From positions 64,001-128,000 of IMG/VR virus record IMGVR_UViG_3300020394_000003: a stretch of 64,000 bases of DNA; one strand, given 5' to 3'. Of the stretch, positions 19,135-29,737 are shown piece after piece. The stretch is from a virus. The notes beneath the pieces were generated by a model. It made no database searches, was not told the DNA's origin, and was given only the letters and a program-made list of their open reading frames with translations. Numbering within the stretch: the first letter of the stretch is position 1; each line of letters starts with the position of its first letter. The translations under genes and the position numbers were made by a program.

Positions 19135-22100
19135 TAAACACCATGGTTGGTGAATTATTCCAAGGAGTACTACCAACGCCAAAAATAAGATCTGTGAGTC
19201 TTAAATTATCGCCACTACCTCCTCCTGTTAATAATCCCCATATTGATCATGTTAGAGAAACTGTCATATATAAAGGAAGGGACGGCAAAAGAAAATTCGC
19301 TCCTAGTCAAGCAGCTGGAATTACAAAAGATCCTAGAAACTTATTAGTAGAAGTTTCTGTTGTATTGCTGGATATTATTGAGGATAATGGTGATTCAAGA
19401 TGGTTTAAAAATCAAAATCTAATGAAGTACTTGAGGCTACAGATAGTACACTCAGAAGATCCAGACTTTACTGCTAAATTAACTAACAAAGAAATTAGCC
19501 CTATACCATCTCAAATTAATAAATTTAAAAAAATGGACAATAGAGTTGTTAGTACCATTGTTGCTTTAGATACAAAAATTGATCAATTTTATGAAAAACA
19601 AAGGCTAGACAAAGAAATCAGAGAGTTTGTACAAAAATTTACATTTGCAGTAAACACAACTACGCCCGAGCATTTGACTTATTTTGCTAATGTATACCTT
19701 GACACAGAACAAATGATGCAAGATTATTCCCTAGATTTACCAGTAACAATGTTAGGTCAAGCATGCAGCGATACTACTGTCGAAGAAGTATACAAAAACA
19801 AATCCCTTGTCAGGACAGCATCGATTTACCAAGTATCAGGGACAGATTCAATTTATCCCGGTAACGCTTATAATGTTGGTGGTGGAAAATATATCGCAAA
19901 TGATATTATTAATGATGATATGATTTCTATGGATTTATTTGAAGTTCTTAATGCTTATCCTATGGATAGAAGAGCTACAAAATTAAATAAATATCGTAGA
20001 AAAATTGAAAAGATTTTAAACAATAATCAAGAATCCAAATATGTGCAAATGGTCAAGTTGCTCTCTCAATGGTCCGACCGAAGTGGAAATGCAAAATCAG
20101 CGGCATTATACAGGATTTTGGTTGCTAGAAAAAAGATTTACGATAGCTCTATTCAGGCGGGAAAGACACTAACTCGTAGAACTGTATCGAATCCAACGAT
20201 TCGTGATCAGAGGACAATACAAGATTTATCTAATATCACAATTACTGTGGAGGATACAGACGAATCGATGGAGTCAGTGAGAGATATTAGGACCAGAAAC
20301 AACTCAACTACGTCAGAAGCAGCCGCCCAAAATCTTAAAAATGCACTGTATTTTAGCAACATCATGTTTGCTAGAGACAATGCTAATTCTGCTAGGCTAA
20401 CATTTTTTATTGATTGGCGAAAAATGATAATGAAAAATAGCAAATATGCTGGTTTATTAAAAAATGACAACCTTCAGATAAACGAAACACTCCGCTCGCA
20501 GGTTAAAATAAAAAGTGTTTCTTTGATTCGAGAGAGGCAAGATGAAAAAGGGGTTATTGAGCAGGGAGACCACCGGCACACTAGGGATCGAGATTCTGTT
20601 AGAAAGCTAATTACACGAGCCTCTGAAACAAACTCTGGAATTAGAGGCACAAGAATGGAAAACTCTCCGTTTAAAAAGAAAGATCGGCCTGTTGGTGCTA
20701 TGAAAGAGATGAAATTGACTGACATCACTACAGCTGACCTCCGCGCTTTTGAGGCTGTAGATTATGATATTTCTGAAAAAACTTCTGGTAAATATAAATA
20801 TCGTGTCGAATTTAGTATGGTTGACAATATCGGATCGTACTTGGCACAACGCGCTAAAGAATTATCATCAGCCAAGGAAGAACTTAAACAATATTACGGA
20901 ATTAGCACAATGAAGTGCAACTATAATATTGCTAGCGAAAAGTTTACAGAGTTCTTTATCTCAGCATTGTATCAAAAGTATTCAATTCCAAGTCCCGATA
21001 CCATGGCACAAATGACACCAGAAGAACTTAATATGCTGCTGAATACTAGTTCTCCGTTGGAGGCGCCTTGGATGAAGCCAATTGCTAAATATGTTGAAAT
21101 TCTTAACTTGTTCGGTAACATTACAGATTCAGACGGTGAATCTTTGGCAAAAAAAATGTATTTAAAAGTAGAGCCGTCTACTGGTTCGCCTGATGGTATT
21201 CTAGAGGTAATTAAACAATTTGAAGATTTGGAGTCTAAAATCGCAGAAGTTTTGGGCGTTACTTTAACAGACATAGCCAGCATCGATACAACAAATTCAA
21301 AAATCAAATCAATTCTAAAAGACAAGATTGTAATAAGTTACTTATTTAAAGATGAGTTAGACTGCTCTTCTCTTTCTTCGGTCAAAGCTAGATTTCTAGA
21401 ATACACTAATAGTTCAGACTTAGGGTTATCATATATTACAGCAGCTGACTTAACAACTAGAATAGTTCAAGATGAAGCAAAATATTTTAAAAATACACCA
21501 AGTTTACAACAAAATGCTTTAGCCGACATGGGTACTTACAGATTTTCTTATCTCTCTCCCTCCTATTTACAAGTTGGGGGCAAAAGATTAGAACTGTTAA
21601 ACAGAGGAGAATCGTTATACGATCCTCAGCAATATAAAGAAATGATGTTTAGTATCTCACTGTTAAAAACAAATCCTGCCGCTCGCTCAATGACCATGCC
21701 TGTACTAGCATATCAACCTACAGACCTACAACAGAGCACCGCGGCTTCGGCACAACTAGCAGGCATGAACATGCAGGCGTTACAATTATTATCAAATTAC
21801 GGCATTATCATAACAAATCAAGTCCCGGCGTCATCGGTAACTTCAATAGATGCAAAGCCACTTCAAGATGTTCGTGATATTTTAGGAGAAAATACACTAT
21901 TAGCAATCAATAACGCAATCAGAACCTCATCTGACGAAGACGGAGAGGACGACACACAAGTAACACAAAAATTGAATAGCGAAGTAATACAAGCAGATGC
22001 AACTGCTTTCGCATCATCACTGATTAACACTTTAGTTAATGTGGGGATGGCAAACTTTTCAGGGGTGAACAGTGATGTTATTAATACTAAAGAATTTAAT

Positions 22101-23093
22101 CCACTAGTCAAGCAACAAATAGAGGCATCCAAAACCTTAGACTTCTACAATATGTCCAACCCTATTAATGGTATCGATTCTAGGATAAGATCTAGTAACT
22201 CTAAAAGTTCAGCAGATTCTGATGCAAAAATCAGGACCATTCCAAATCAAATTAAATCATTGTTTTTGGTAAAATCTGGCCAAGTATCACCAGTTAAAAA
22301 TTGGTTTGAAGTAGATACAGATCCTATGGCCAACCCAGAACTTAGACCTTTGTTCGAATTGCTCTATTTTAATATTCAAAAAATTGAAGTGTTAACTGGA
22401 TTTACAAAAACAAAAGATAGTAAGACTGGCGAAGCACTATTGAGGGCGCCTAGTTTCAAACTACTGACCCCAGATATGATGGCCAAAAAAGGCTCCTTAT
22501 TGTGTAGGCTGAAAAAATATCAAAACGATTCTCTTCACATTGGCCAAACCGACATGATAGATCTTCCGGTTGTAAACGAATATTTTATCTTAAAATTAAC
22601 AGATGCAAGCCCTCAATTAGACCAAAATCCAATAGTTCAAAGTGACTTAACTACAGATGGTGGTGAATATAAGCTGCCGAATGGCACTAATTACATAGGA
22701 AAGTATCATATCCATAAAGATGGAACAGTAATGACGGGAGCCAGCATGGGCACAAATGAAAGTATCTTGACGCCTCTGAAGCAAACCGTGGGTGTCCAAG
22801 CGCGAGCGTCAGCATATGCAGCTCAAAATCTTGCTGGAATTACGGCAACTTATCAAAAACAAATATTACAAGGACTAGTGTCACACCATTATGATCAAAT
22901 TTCTGTAGAAAGTGATTATTGTAGCACCGGCAAAACAATAACTAGTGCTGGTGGGACAACAGCTAGATCAACCGCAGCATATGATAGAGCCTCAATGACG
23001 TATGCTACAGTGTCGACTACGACAGCAATGGCCCCAAGCACCGGTGTTCTTACCGGTGGCTCCAGCGGCGGCTCAGGTGGAGGGGGCTATTAA
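19122..23093 (+). CDS. Large hypothetical protein, probably virion-associated (1323 aa)
   Basis: Long ORF overlapping the upstream stop, within the baseplate block; small YHIHKDG module and a Gly/Ser-rich C-terminus ending GGGGY. Confidence 0.6.
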   Translation: MSRLINTMVGELFQGVLPTPKIRSVSLKLSPLPPPVNNPHIDHVRETVIYKGRDGKRKFAPSQAAGITKDPRNLLVEVSVVLLDIIEDNGDSRWFKNQNLMKYLRLQIVHSEDPDFTAKLTNKEISPIPSQINKFKKMDNRVVSTIVALDTKIDQFYEKQRLDKEIREFVQKFTFAVNTTTPEHLTYFANVYLDTEQMMQDYSLDLPVTMLGQACSDTTVEEVYKNKSLVRTASIYQVSGTDSIYPGNAYNVGGGKYIANDIINDDMISMDLFEVLNAYPMDRRATKLNKYRRKIEKILNNNQESKYVQMVKLLSQWSDRSGNAKSAALYRILVARKKIYDSSIQAGKTLTRRTVSNPTIRDQRTIQDLSNITITVEDTDESMESVRDIRTRNNSTTSEAAAQNLKNALYFSNIMFARDNANSARLTFFIDWRKMIMKNSKYAGLLKNDNLQINETLRSQVKIKSVSLIRERQDEKGVIEQGDHRHTRDRDSVRKLITRASETNSGIRGTRMENSPFKKKDRPVGAMKEMKLTDITTADLRAFEAVDYDISEKTSGKYKYRVEFSMVDNIGSYLAQRAKELSSAKEELKQYYGISTMKCNYNIASEKFTEFFISALYQKYSIPSPDTMAQMTPEELNMLLNTSSPLEAPWMKPIAKYVEILNLFGNITDSDGESLAKKMYLKVEPSTGSPDGILEVIKQFEDLESKIAEVLGVTLTDIASIDTTNSKIKSILKDKIVISYLFKDELDCSSLSSVKARFLEYTNSSDLGLSYITAADLTTRIVQDEAKYFKNTPSLQQNALADMGTYRFSYLSPSYLQVGGKRLELLNRGESLYDPQQYKEMMFSISLLKTNPAARSMTMPVLAYQPTDLQQSTAASAQLAGMNMQALQLLSNYGIIITNQVPASSVTSIDAKPLQDVRDILGENTLLAINNAIRTSSDEDGEDDTQVTQKLNSEVIQADATAFASSLINTLVNVGMANFSGVNSDVINTKEFNPLVKQQIEASKTLDFYNMSNPINGIDSRIRSSNSKSSADSDAKIRTIPNQIKSLFLVKSGQVSPVKNWFEVDTDPMANPELRPLFELLYFNIQKIEVLTGFTKTKDSKTGEALLRAPSFKLLTPDMMAKKGSLLCRLKKYQNDSLHIGQTDMIDLPVVNEYFILKLTDASPQLDQNPIVQSDLTTDGGEYKLPNGTNYIGKYHIHKDGTVMTGASMGTNESILTPLKQTVGVQARASAYAAQNLAGITATYQKQILQGLVSHHYDQISVESDYCSTGKTITSAGGTTARSTAAYDRASMTYATVSTTTAMAPSTGVLTGGSSGGSGGGGY

Positions 23094-25606
23094 TGTCAAT
23101 TAGCAAAAAAGTAACATACATCCCAGCCACTATGATTGATAGTTCGATAGATTTATTAAGAAATGAAATGTCGGCGTATTGGAGAAAGTATAAAAAATCA
23201 GAAAGATTTACTAAAGGTTCGCAATTATTATATCTTGCTGATCACCCAAAAATTGATGACACAATTAAAGGAATCACTGACTTTTCATTTTCGGAAGAGC
23301 AAGATATTAGTAGCGCAACAATGCCCTTTAAACAAGTAAGCATGAGAGTATATGGTAATCCAACAATGTTTAAAAATCAACGTCATTGGCGCGCCTACTT
23401 TGAAGGCGGTGAATTTGATGGAAAAAACTACAACCCTAAAATATCGATTGGCACACAATATAACGATAATGTTTTTACATGTGAACGACCGTTTACAGAA
23501 CGAGAAGCACAAGCTTTAGGTGGAACATCACTAGTAAAAACATATGCTGTAGACCTAGAATATAACTTTTATCAAGAGGACTACGAAAAAGCATTGAACA
23601 GAAACGTGCCAGAAAATTTATTGCCTAATTTGTATACACTATATTCTTATAAGGAAGAAATAGATGATGAAAGTGTGAGAAATACACCAATCTTTCGTGC
23701 TCATGTATCTTTAAACGGAAAGTTACACAATAACAAAGTACATCAGTTTACAGACAAGGGTTCTGAAAATCCCAAAGCTTCAAATAGTTTACAATATTTA
23801 ACTTCTTTTGCCCGGGCCCTGACTTCTCGTAATAAAGAAAGTGGTACACATGCTAATATCATAGAAGCTTATCAGAACACAATATTACCTCCGTCGAATA
23901 TGGATTTACTAGCATATAATGTAAAAAAAGAAATGTTTCCAATGTTCACGGAAATAAACTTTGCAACAGATAAAACAACTCAATTTACACAAATATTAAA
24001 AGATTCAAGCACTAGTTGTATTTTTATGAAAGATGTTGCTGGATCACTGCAAGGCACTCACAACTTTCCACACACAGTAAGGGGATATACAACCCATGTA
24101 GAAACGCCGGTGATGCAAGAAAATGAACTAGGAACCAAGACATTAATGAACATAAGCAGAGTTGCAACTGGAAATGCTAGAATTTGGGATCTAAACGATT
24201 GGCTTAAAATGTTTAAGGCTTCGAATGCTTACCCAATGCAAAACAGTATTATGTTAGGTAGAACCAATGAAGACGCTAAAATGGCAACTACTAAAAATTA
24301 TGGTTTTTATAAAAAGATGATGGAGACTATTTTTGTTGGTAAACTAAGAACATTAATTAAAAGCCAACAAAGAAGGTTCGCAGACATTATTGATGGAGAC
24401 AGCAGTTATTCAGAAGAGGTGTTTTACAGAATCGACAAGTATACCCAAGGATACGATGCGCCAATTCAAACTTTTTGGATTCCAAACACTAATGAGGTTG
24501 ATGTTATGAACTACATTGATACTCAAGTAAAATATAGCAGTGAATATACATACAAAGCTTCGGTTTTCAAGTTGGTAATCGGCGCGCAGTATTCATACTC
24601 AAATTTAGCAATCACCAAAAAAGTCACAGAAGAGTGTGTGGAATTTGTATCAACCGAAGGAGAGCCAGTTGCACCTAGGGTGCCCGGGTCGGTGACAGTT
24701 AGTAACATTTCAGGCACAAGAACAGCAATCGAGGTACAGAATGATCAGAGATATATGGCTGAGTTTGATGTCATTGTATCCCCAAATATTATGCTAGTGG
24801 AGGTACCTTTCTTTTCGGTTACATCTAGAATGATTGACGATCCTCCCCTAGCACCAGAAATTGATATTTTGCCATACAGATCAGATAGCAGATTCCTAAA
24901 GTTTTTTATGCAGGGCTCTACTGGAGAAGAGGTTATTGATCCAATCATTATGACTGATAAAGATCGCAGAATGGTACAGATGATTAGAAAAGCTAGAAAT
25001 TTAGAAAAGAATGACCCTATCACTTATAAATCAGACGACTATCCTGCTTACTTTGAAGTGTATAGATTAGAAGAACCTCCGAGAACGTACAGGAGTTTTG
25101 TGGGAAATGTTAGAGCTTCAATCGCCACAGACATTTCTGATAAGACCAAACAAAAAGCCGCGGCCCTAGCATACATTGAGCAAATTGCACCTAATAAAAA
25201 ATACTACTATATGTTTCGAAGTGTTGATGTGCATGGGAAGATTGGGTATCCATCCGCAGTGTATGAAATTGAAATGCTAAACGACAAAGGGGCGTTTTAT
25301 CCTATAATTAAATTGCATGAAATGAACCCTAGGCCGGCCCGGATTACAAAAAAAACTGGAAGAAGGTTTATACAAATCATACCAAATATTGGCCAGACAC
25401 TAATTAATGAGAGCAAGTCTGGATTTGAAGATTATTCGTCAGCAAATGACATTACAGGAAAACTAACATACGGCTTCAAAGCAGAGTCTATATGGGATAA
25501 GAAATTTAAGATAAGATTAACGTCAAAAAAGACGGGTAGAAAACTAGATCTAAATCTTGATTTTGCAAACAAAAGAGTTAAAACAGATTTTGAAGAAAGT
25601 TCGTAA
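23093..25606 (+). CDS. Hypothetical virion protein (837 aa) with fibronectin-III-like strands
   Basis: YIDTQVKYSSEYTYK and PNKKYYYMFRSVDVHG resemble FN3 C-terminal strands; coupled by TAATG. Confidence 0.55.
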   Translation: MSISKKVTYIPATMIDSSIDLLRNEMSAYWRKYKKSERFTKGSQLLYLADHPKIDDTIKGITDFSFSEEQDISSATMPFKQVSMRVYGNPTMFKNQRHWRAYFEGGEFDGKNYNPKISIGTQYNDNVFTCERPFTEREAQALGGTSLVKTYAVDLEYNFYQEDYEKALNRNVPENLLPNLYTLYSYKEEIDDESVRNTPIFRAHVSLNGKLHNNKVHQFTDKGSENPKASNSLQYLTSFARALTSRNKESGTHANIIEAYQNTILPPSNMDLLAYNVKKEMFPMFTEINFATDKTTQFTQILKDSSTSCIFMKDVAGSLQGTHNFPHTVRGYTTHVETPVMQENELGTKTLMNISRVATGNARIWDLNDWLKMFKASNAYPMQNSIMLGRTNEDAKMATTKNYGFYKKMMETIFVGKLRTLIKSQQRRFADIIDGDSSYSEEVFYRIDKYTQGYDAPIQTFWIPNTNEVDVMNYIDTQVKYSSEYTYKASVFKLVIGAQYSYSNLAITKKVTEECVEFVSTEGEPVAPRVPGSVTVSNISGTRTAIEVQNDQRYMAEFDVIVSPNIMLVEVPFFSVTSRMIDDPPLAPEIDILPYRSDSRFLKFFMQGSTGEEVIDPIIMTDKDRRMVQMIRKARNLEKNDPITYKSDDYPAYFEVYRLEEPPRTYRSFVGNVRASIATDISDKTKQKAAALAYIEQIAPNKKYYYMFRSVDVHGKIGYPSAVYEIEMLNDKGAFYPIIKLHEMNPRPARITKKTGRRFIQIIPNIGQTLINESKSGFEDYSSANDITGKLTYGFKAESIWDKKFKIRLTSKKTGRKLDLNLDFANKRVKTDFEESS

Positions 25607-25613
25607 GTTATGC

Positions 25614-25637
25614 ACTATTTATAATAGTAACTATTTA
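25614..25637 (+). promoter_or_regulatory. Tandem putative late promoter motifs (ACTATTTA twice)
   Basis: ACTATTTA at 25614-25621 and 25630-25637, before an SD-like AGGAAGAGGA and the ATG at 25658. Confidence 0.65.
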
Positions 25638-25657
25638 AAAAAGGAAGAGGATTACAC

Positions 25658-26569
25658 ATGGCATTTTTAGATAACTCAGGTGACATCATTCTTGATGCGG
25701 TCCTAACTGATACAGGGCGCTTCCGTTTGGCCAAAGGCGATGGAAGTTTTAAGATTACAAAATTCGCTTTAGGAGATGATGAGATTGATTATGCATTGTA
25801 TAACAAGAATCACCCATCTGGAAGCGCTTACTATGATTTAGAGTTACTACAAACGCCCGTACTCGAAGCATTCACAAATAATACGTCTATGCTTAAATCT
25901 AAACTAGTTTCGATTCCAAGAACAAATTTGCTGTACCTTCCGGTAATGAAGTTAAATGAAATCTATTCTACAAACAATGCTAGGCACACTACTGGTGCTT
26001 ATTTAGTCGCTGTTAACAAAGATACCGAAGAAGCATTGGGGGTTGACGCTAGCAGCAATGCGGTATCTGGTATTATGTACGGAGAAAATGTAGGCGCTGG
26101 TACGACAATTCGTGTAGATCAGGGTCTAGATACATCAGAGATCTCGCCCGCTTTTACAATTGACGCGGACCTAGTGGAGACTCAATATATTGTAGAGTTT
26201 GATAATAGATTTGGATCAATTGTAAACGCAACTAATGGTTCGATTACTTCACCATCTTTTATTGATGATGATAACATTGCGACATATTTTTTCTCGCTTG
26301 GAACAGATATCGGAATTGTATCTGAAAATACAGAAAGAGACGCAGCCGCGTCTACGCAAACTATTCAAGGCCCTCGCGGAACATATATAGAATTTCAAAT
26401 TCAATCATCGTTGGATTTAAACACTGGAACATTCTTGTTTACTGAGCTGGGTTCAACAACAACTGTTAACTCCACGGCCGTTTACTACATCGATACAACA
26501 GTCAGAATTACAGGTGCAACAACGGGATACAGAATTGATGTCCCGGTGAGACTAGTAAGGAAGCAATAA
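25658..26569 (+). CDS. Baseplate/tail-collar-like structural protein
   Basis: N-terminal DAVLTDTGRFRLAKGDGSFKITKFALGDD resembles the first half of the P2 gpH-type tail-collar fibre domain (DUF3751). Confidence 0.6.
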   Translation: MAFLDNSGDIILDAVLTDTGRFRLAKGDGSFKITKFALGDDEIDYALYNKNHPSGSAYYDLELLQTPVLEAFTNNTSMLKSKLVSIPRTNLLYLPVMKLNEIYSTNNARHTTGAYLVAVNKDTEEALGVDASSNAVSGIMYGENVGAGTTIRVDQGLDTSEISPAFTIDADLVETQYIVEFDNRFGSIVNATNGSITSPSFIDDDNIATYFFSLGTDIGIVSENTERDAAASTQTIQGPRGTYIEFQIQSSLDLNTGTFLFTELGSTTTVNSTAVYYIDTTVRITGATTGYRIDVPVRLVRKQ

Positions 26570-26579
26570 GGAAACACAC

Positions 26580-27761
26580 ATGGCTACTACTTTTAAAACA
26601 TTTTCATCTAATGATGTAATTTCTACAAAAACTTTACTACACGAAGCAGTTCCCCTAACCGGGGCGATTGTTTCAGGTACATACGGAGACCTTAACGTTA
26701 AAAACTATTCGCATGGGATGTTTCAGTCAATCTACGACTATCCATATCTTAGTTCATCAGCGAACCATGTTTTTGATGTTTCGGTAGGATATAGCCCTCA
26801 TTCTCCGCTATCTGGTTCCAGCAATCGAGTAGCCCAGAATAAAAAGTTTAACATTTATAATCAAATGGCGCAAGTCTTGATGGGTTTTGACCACACTGGA
26901 TCGGTTCAGCGCTTCGATGAAGACGGCGATCTGCTCGCCGGAGGAACCAAAATTGATTCTGCAATTTTCCTTAGCTTTTCTCGGCTGCTGGTAAAAGATG
27001 AAATCAAGAAAGGTTCATTCTCTATAACTTTAGGAGTCAGCCCTTATGCTGCTCAGCGAGACACTGGTCTTCATGGTGACGGTAGGGTATTCGACAAAAG
27101 AATTACGCTAGCAGATACAAACGCTCAGAACGATTTTAGAGTAAACTCCCCCGCAGGAGAATATGGTATCTTGTATGCTAGTGTCGCGCAAGGAAGCAAC
27201 GTTCTTGTTGGCGATCCAGCTGCAGGTTCGACAACAGTAAAAGCTGGTTTGATTTACTATCAAGCGGGTATTGCAGTAATCACCTCTTCTGTGTTGATCA
27301 GAAGGGACGATCATGATAATCGCGACAGCAATCATAGCGGCCTTTTACATGCTAATCTAGGAGCTTTCTTGACTGGTTCAGTCTTTGGACATAAGGGCGT
27401 TAACTCAACTACTCCAGAAGGCTTTCACGGTCTTGTAACTGGCTCAAACATTTCTTCATCCTGCGATGCTGTGCGAGCTAGAATTCACAACATCTCCTTT
27501 AATAACACAACAGAACTAAACTCAACTGTGTATTTCTGCAGAGCCAATCACAACGAATTTAACTATAGTGCAAACCCAACGTATCTTAACGGCAGTAAGA
27601 TCAGGGTTAAGCAGCAAAGTACAGACCAGCCAGTGTCCTACATTACCACTGTCGGACTTTACTCTGCGGATAATGAACTCATGGGTGTTGCTAAACTTTC
27701 TGAGCCTCTGCGAAAAGATCCGACTAATGAAATGACATTGCGAGTACGTTTGGATTACTAG
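26580..27761 (+). CDS. Baseplate structural protein; C-terminus paralogous to 28460..29728
   Basis: FNYSANPTY...YITTVGLYSADNELMGVAKLSEPLRK...LRVRLDY. Confidence 0.65.
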   Translation: MATTFKTFSSNDVISTKTLLHEAVPLTGAIVSGTYGDLNVKNYSHGMFQSIYDYPYLSSSANHVFDVSVGYSPHSPLSGSSNRVAQNKKFNIYNQMAQVLMGFDHTGSVQRFDEDGDLLAGGTKIDSAIFLSFSRLLVKDEIKKGSFSITLGVSPYAAQRDTGLHGDGRVFDKRITLADTNAQNDFRVNSPAGEYGILYASVAQGSNVLVGDPAAGSTTVKAGLIYYQAGIAVITSSVLIRRDDHDNRDSNHSGLLHANLGAFLTGSVFGHKGVNSTTPEGFHGLVTGSNISSSCDAVRARIHNISFNNTTELNSTVYFCRANHNEFNYSANPTYLNGSKIRVKQQSTDQPVSYITTVGLYSADNELMGVAKLSEPLRKDPTNEMTLRVRLDY

Positions 27762-27762
27762 C

Positions 27763-28449
27763 ATGTCTGGCAGAGACCGGGCAACTAGACGGCTTCGCGC
27801 AAAATATAAAAAACTTATTGGTGAGTTAAGGTATTTGTATACAGATTTGGAGTATTACAAAGAAGAGCATCAATACAGAAAAGAAGATTTTCATGAAGAC
27901 TTTGCGTCTTGGTGCGAAGAGATGGGTTATGATTGTACCCGACCAGAAACGCGTCAAAAATATGAAGAAAAACAAATTGACCCATACTCTCAAAAAGTCA
28001 ACAAAAAAGAGCTACAAGAAATTCAAAAAGAAGTATATAATGATGATAGTGACGAATCAGAAGATCCTGATGACGCCTATAAAGATTTGAAATCATTATA
28101 CAAAAAAATAGCAGTAGAAACTCATCCCGACAAACTCACCCGTGCAGAAAAAGCAGCGCGAGAGAGAAAAGAGAGATTGTTTATAGAAGCAAAAAAAGCA
28201 TATGATGAGAACAATTTTTTTAGGCTGTCGCAGATAGCAGAAGAATTGGGGCTAGACCTGCCACCACCATCAAAGCAACAGCTTGTATGGATGAGAGAAG
28301 AGAAGAAGAAAATAGAAAAAATCATTGCTAGCATATCTACGACATATGAATGGGTTTGTGGAGAGGAAAATCCGCTGATGCCAAAAGATGTTATGTACCA
28401 AAAATATGCAGATGCGATTGGTTGTGTAAAATTGAAGAAAGAGGGCTAA
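27763..28449 (+). CDS. J-domain (DnaJ-like) co-chaperone with flanking coiled coils
   Basis: DLKSLYKKIAVETHPDK...LFIEAKKAY matches J-domain helix II, HPD motif and helix III. Confidence 0.8.
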   Translation: MSGRDRATRRLRAKYKKLIGELRYLYTDLEYYKEEHQYRKEDFHEDFASWCEEMGYDCTRPETRQKYEEKQIDPYSQKVNKKELQEIQKEVYNDDSDESEDPDDAYKDLKSLYKKIAVETHPDKLTRAEKAARERKERLFIEAKKAYDENNFFRLSQIAEELGLDLPPPSKQQLVWMREEKKKIEKIIASISTTYEWVCGEENPLMPKDVMYQKYADAIGCVKLKKEG

Positions 28450-28459
28450 TTAGTACAAG

Positions 28460-29728
28460 ATGTCAGTATACAAGTTCCAGCGCGGCGATATTTTTTACAA
28501 CAGGATCAAAACGTATCCAAAGTTTGGTTATTACGTCTATAACGGGACAACATACATCAACAATAAAATCGCCTCTAGTGGCTCTTTGACTGACACACCT
28601 ATTGGACTAAAATCGGGATTTGTTAGCCTGTATGAAATGAATGTTGATAGAGTCGAAGATAAAGACTCAGGAAGAGTAATATTTGGTGGCACACCCTATG
28701 ATATTAAAGATAGGGGAGTGGTATATCCGTTTATTACAAAAGACGGCACACTGTCATCCTTTAAAACGGTTTCAGCTGGTAGTTTTGCTACATTTGGCTA
28801 TGGAACAGTCATGTCTTCTAGCTATCCTATGACAGCAAGTTTAAGAAGAGAATACTACCAGCTTGGCGAAGCACGCCCTCGCATCACAGCTTTAAGAAAC
28901 ACAATGGATTTTTACACACCGCTTAGCGATCATTACGCTTATAATTCTACTCTCGGTGATAAAAGCAGCCAAAATATGTGTTTGATTTCGATTCCGTCAA
29001 TTATGTATGGCTCGTCGATTAAAAAAGGTTCAGTTTCGTTAAAATATTACTTATCCGGTTCTCTTTTGGCAGAATTGCAAGATACAAATAGAAACGGCGA
29101 ACTAGTACAAGTGACAGGTTCGACATACGCTCAATCACAAGGGAAAGACAAAGTAGCGGGCGTTATCCTCTACAATGAAGGCTTTATCATGCTGACAGGT
29201 AGTTGGCACTTAGAACAAGAAACAGCAGTTTATGGAGGCGGTAAAACAGGTCGTGATTACCTGACTAACGGAGTTCCCGAGCCAAGTCAGTGGCGCCACT
29301 GGGGTCACACGATGGAGGGCGATAGCCAGAATCTAAAAACTGGTGACGACGCCTCTACCGAATATATTAGTTTCGGCTTAGACTATCAAGGCACCAACTA
29401 CGTGCCAGTAATGACCATGCTAGCTCATGCACCAAAGGGTGAACTTAACTATTCTAACAATCCAACTTTTGTAAAGCATGGCCAAGAGAAGAAAATGACA
29501 CCTCTAACTGGCTCTAAATTTTACAGGGAGCACGATTCGATCAGTGCTAAAAACACAATGACATCCAGTTATGCTGACCCGACTGGAAGCTACCAAAAAC
29601 AAACGTTTATATCAAAAATTGGACTTTACGACAAGGACAATAATCTTATTGCGATTGCAACTCTAGCAAATCCGGTGAAAAAATTGGAAGACTTAGATTA
29701 TACTTTTAAATTGAAATTAGATTTCTAG
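28460..29728 (+). CDS. Baseplate structural protein, paralog of 26580..27761
   Basis: IKKGSV...LQDTNRNGEL...GVILYNEG...LNYSNNPTF...FISKIGLYDKDNNLIAIATLANPVKK...FKLKLDF. Confidence 0.65.
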   Translation: MSVYKFQRGDIFYNRIKTYPKFGYYVYNGTTYINNKIASSGSLTDTPIGLKSGFVSLYEMNVDRVEDKDSGRVIFGGTPYDIKDRGVVYPFITKDGTLSSFKTVSAGSFATFGYGTVMSSSYPMTASLRREYYQLGEARPRITALRNTMDFYTPLSDHYAYNSTLGDKSSQNMCLISIPSIMYGSSIKKGSVSLKYYLSGSLLAELQDTNRNGELVQVTGSTYAQSQGKDKVAGVILYNEGFIMLTGSWHLEQETAVYGGGKTGRDYLTNGVPEPSQWRHWGHTMEGDSQNLKTGDDASTEYISFGLDYQGTNYVPVMTMLAHAPKGELNYSNNPTFVKHGQEKKMTPLTGSKFYREHDSISAKNTMTSSYADPTGSYQKQTFISKIGLYDKDNNLIAIATLANPVKKLEDLDYTFKLKLDF

Positions 29729-29737
29729 GAGGAGGAA

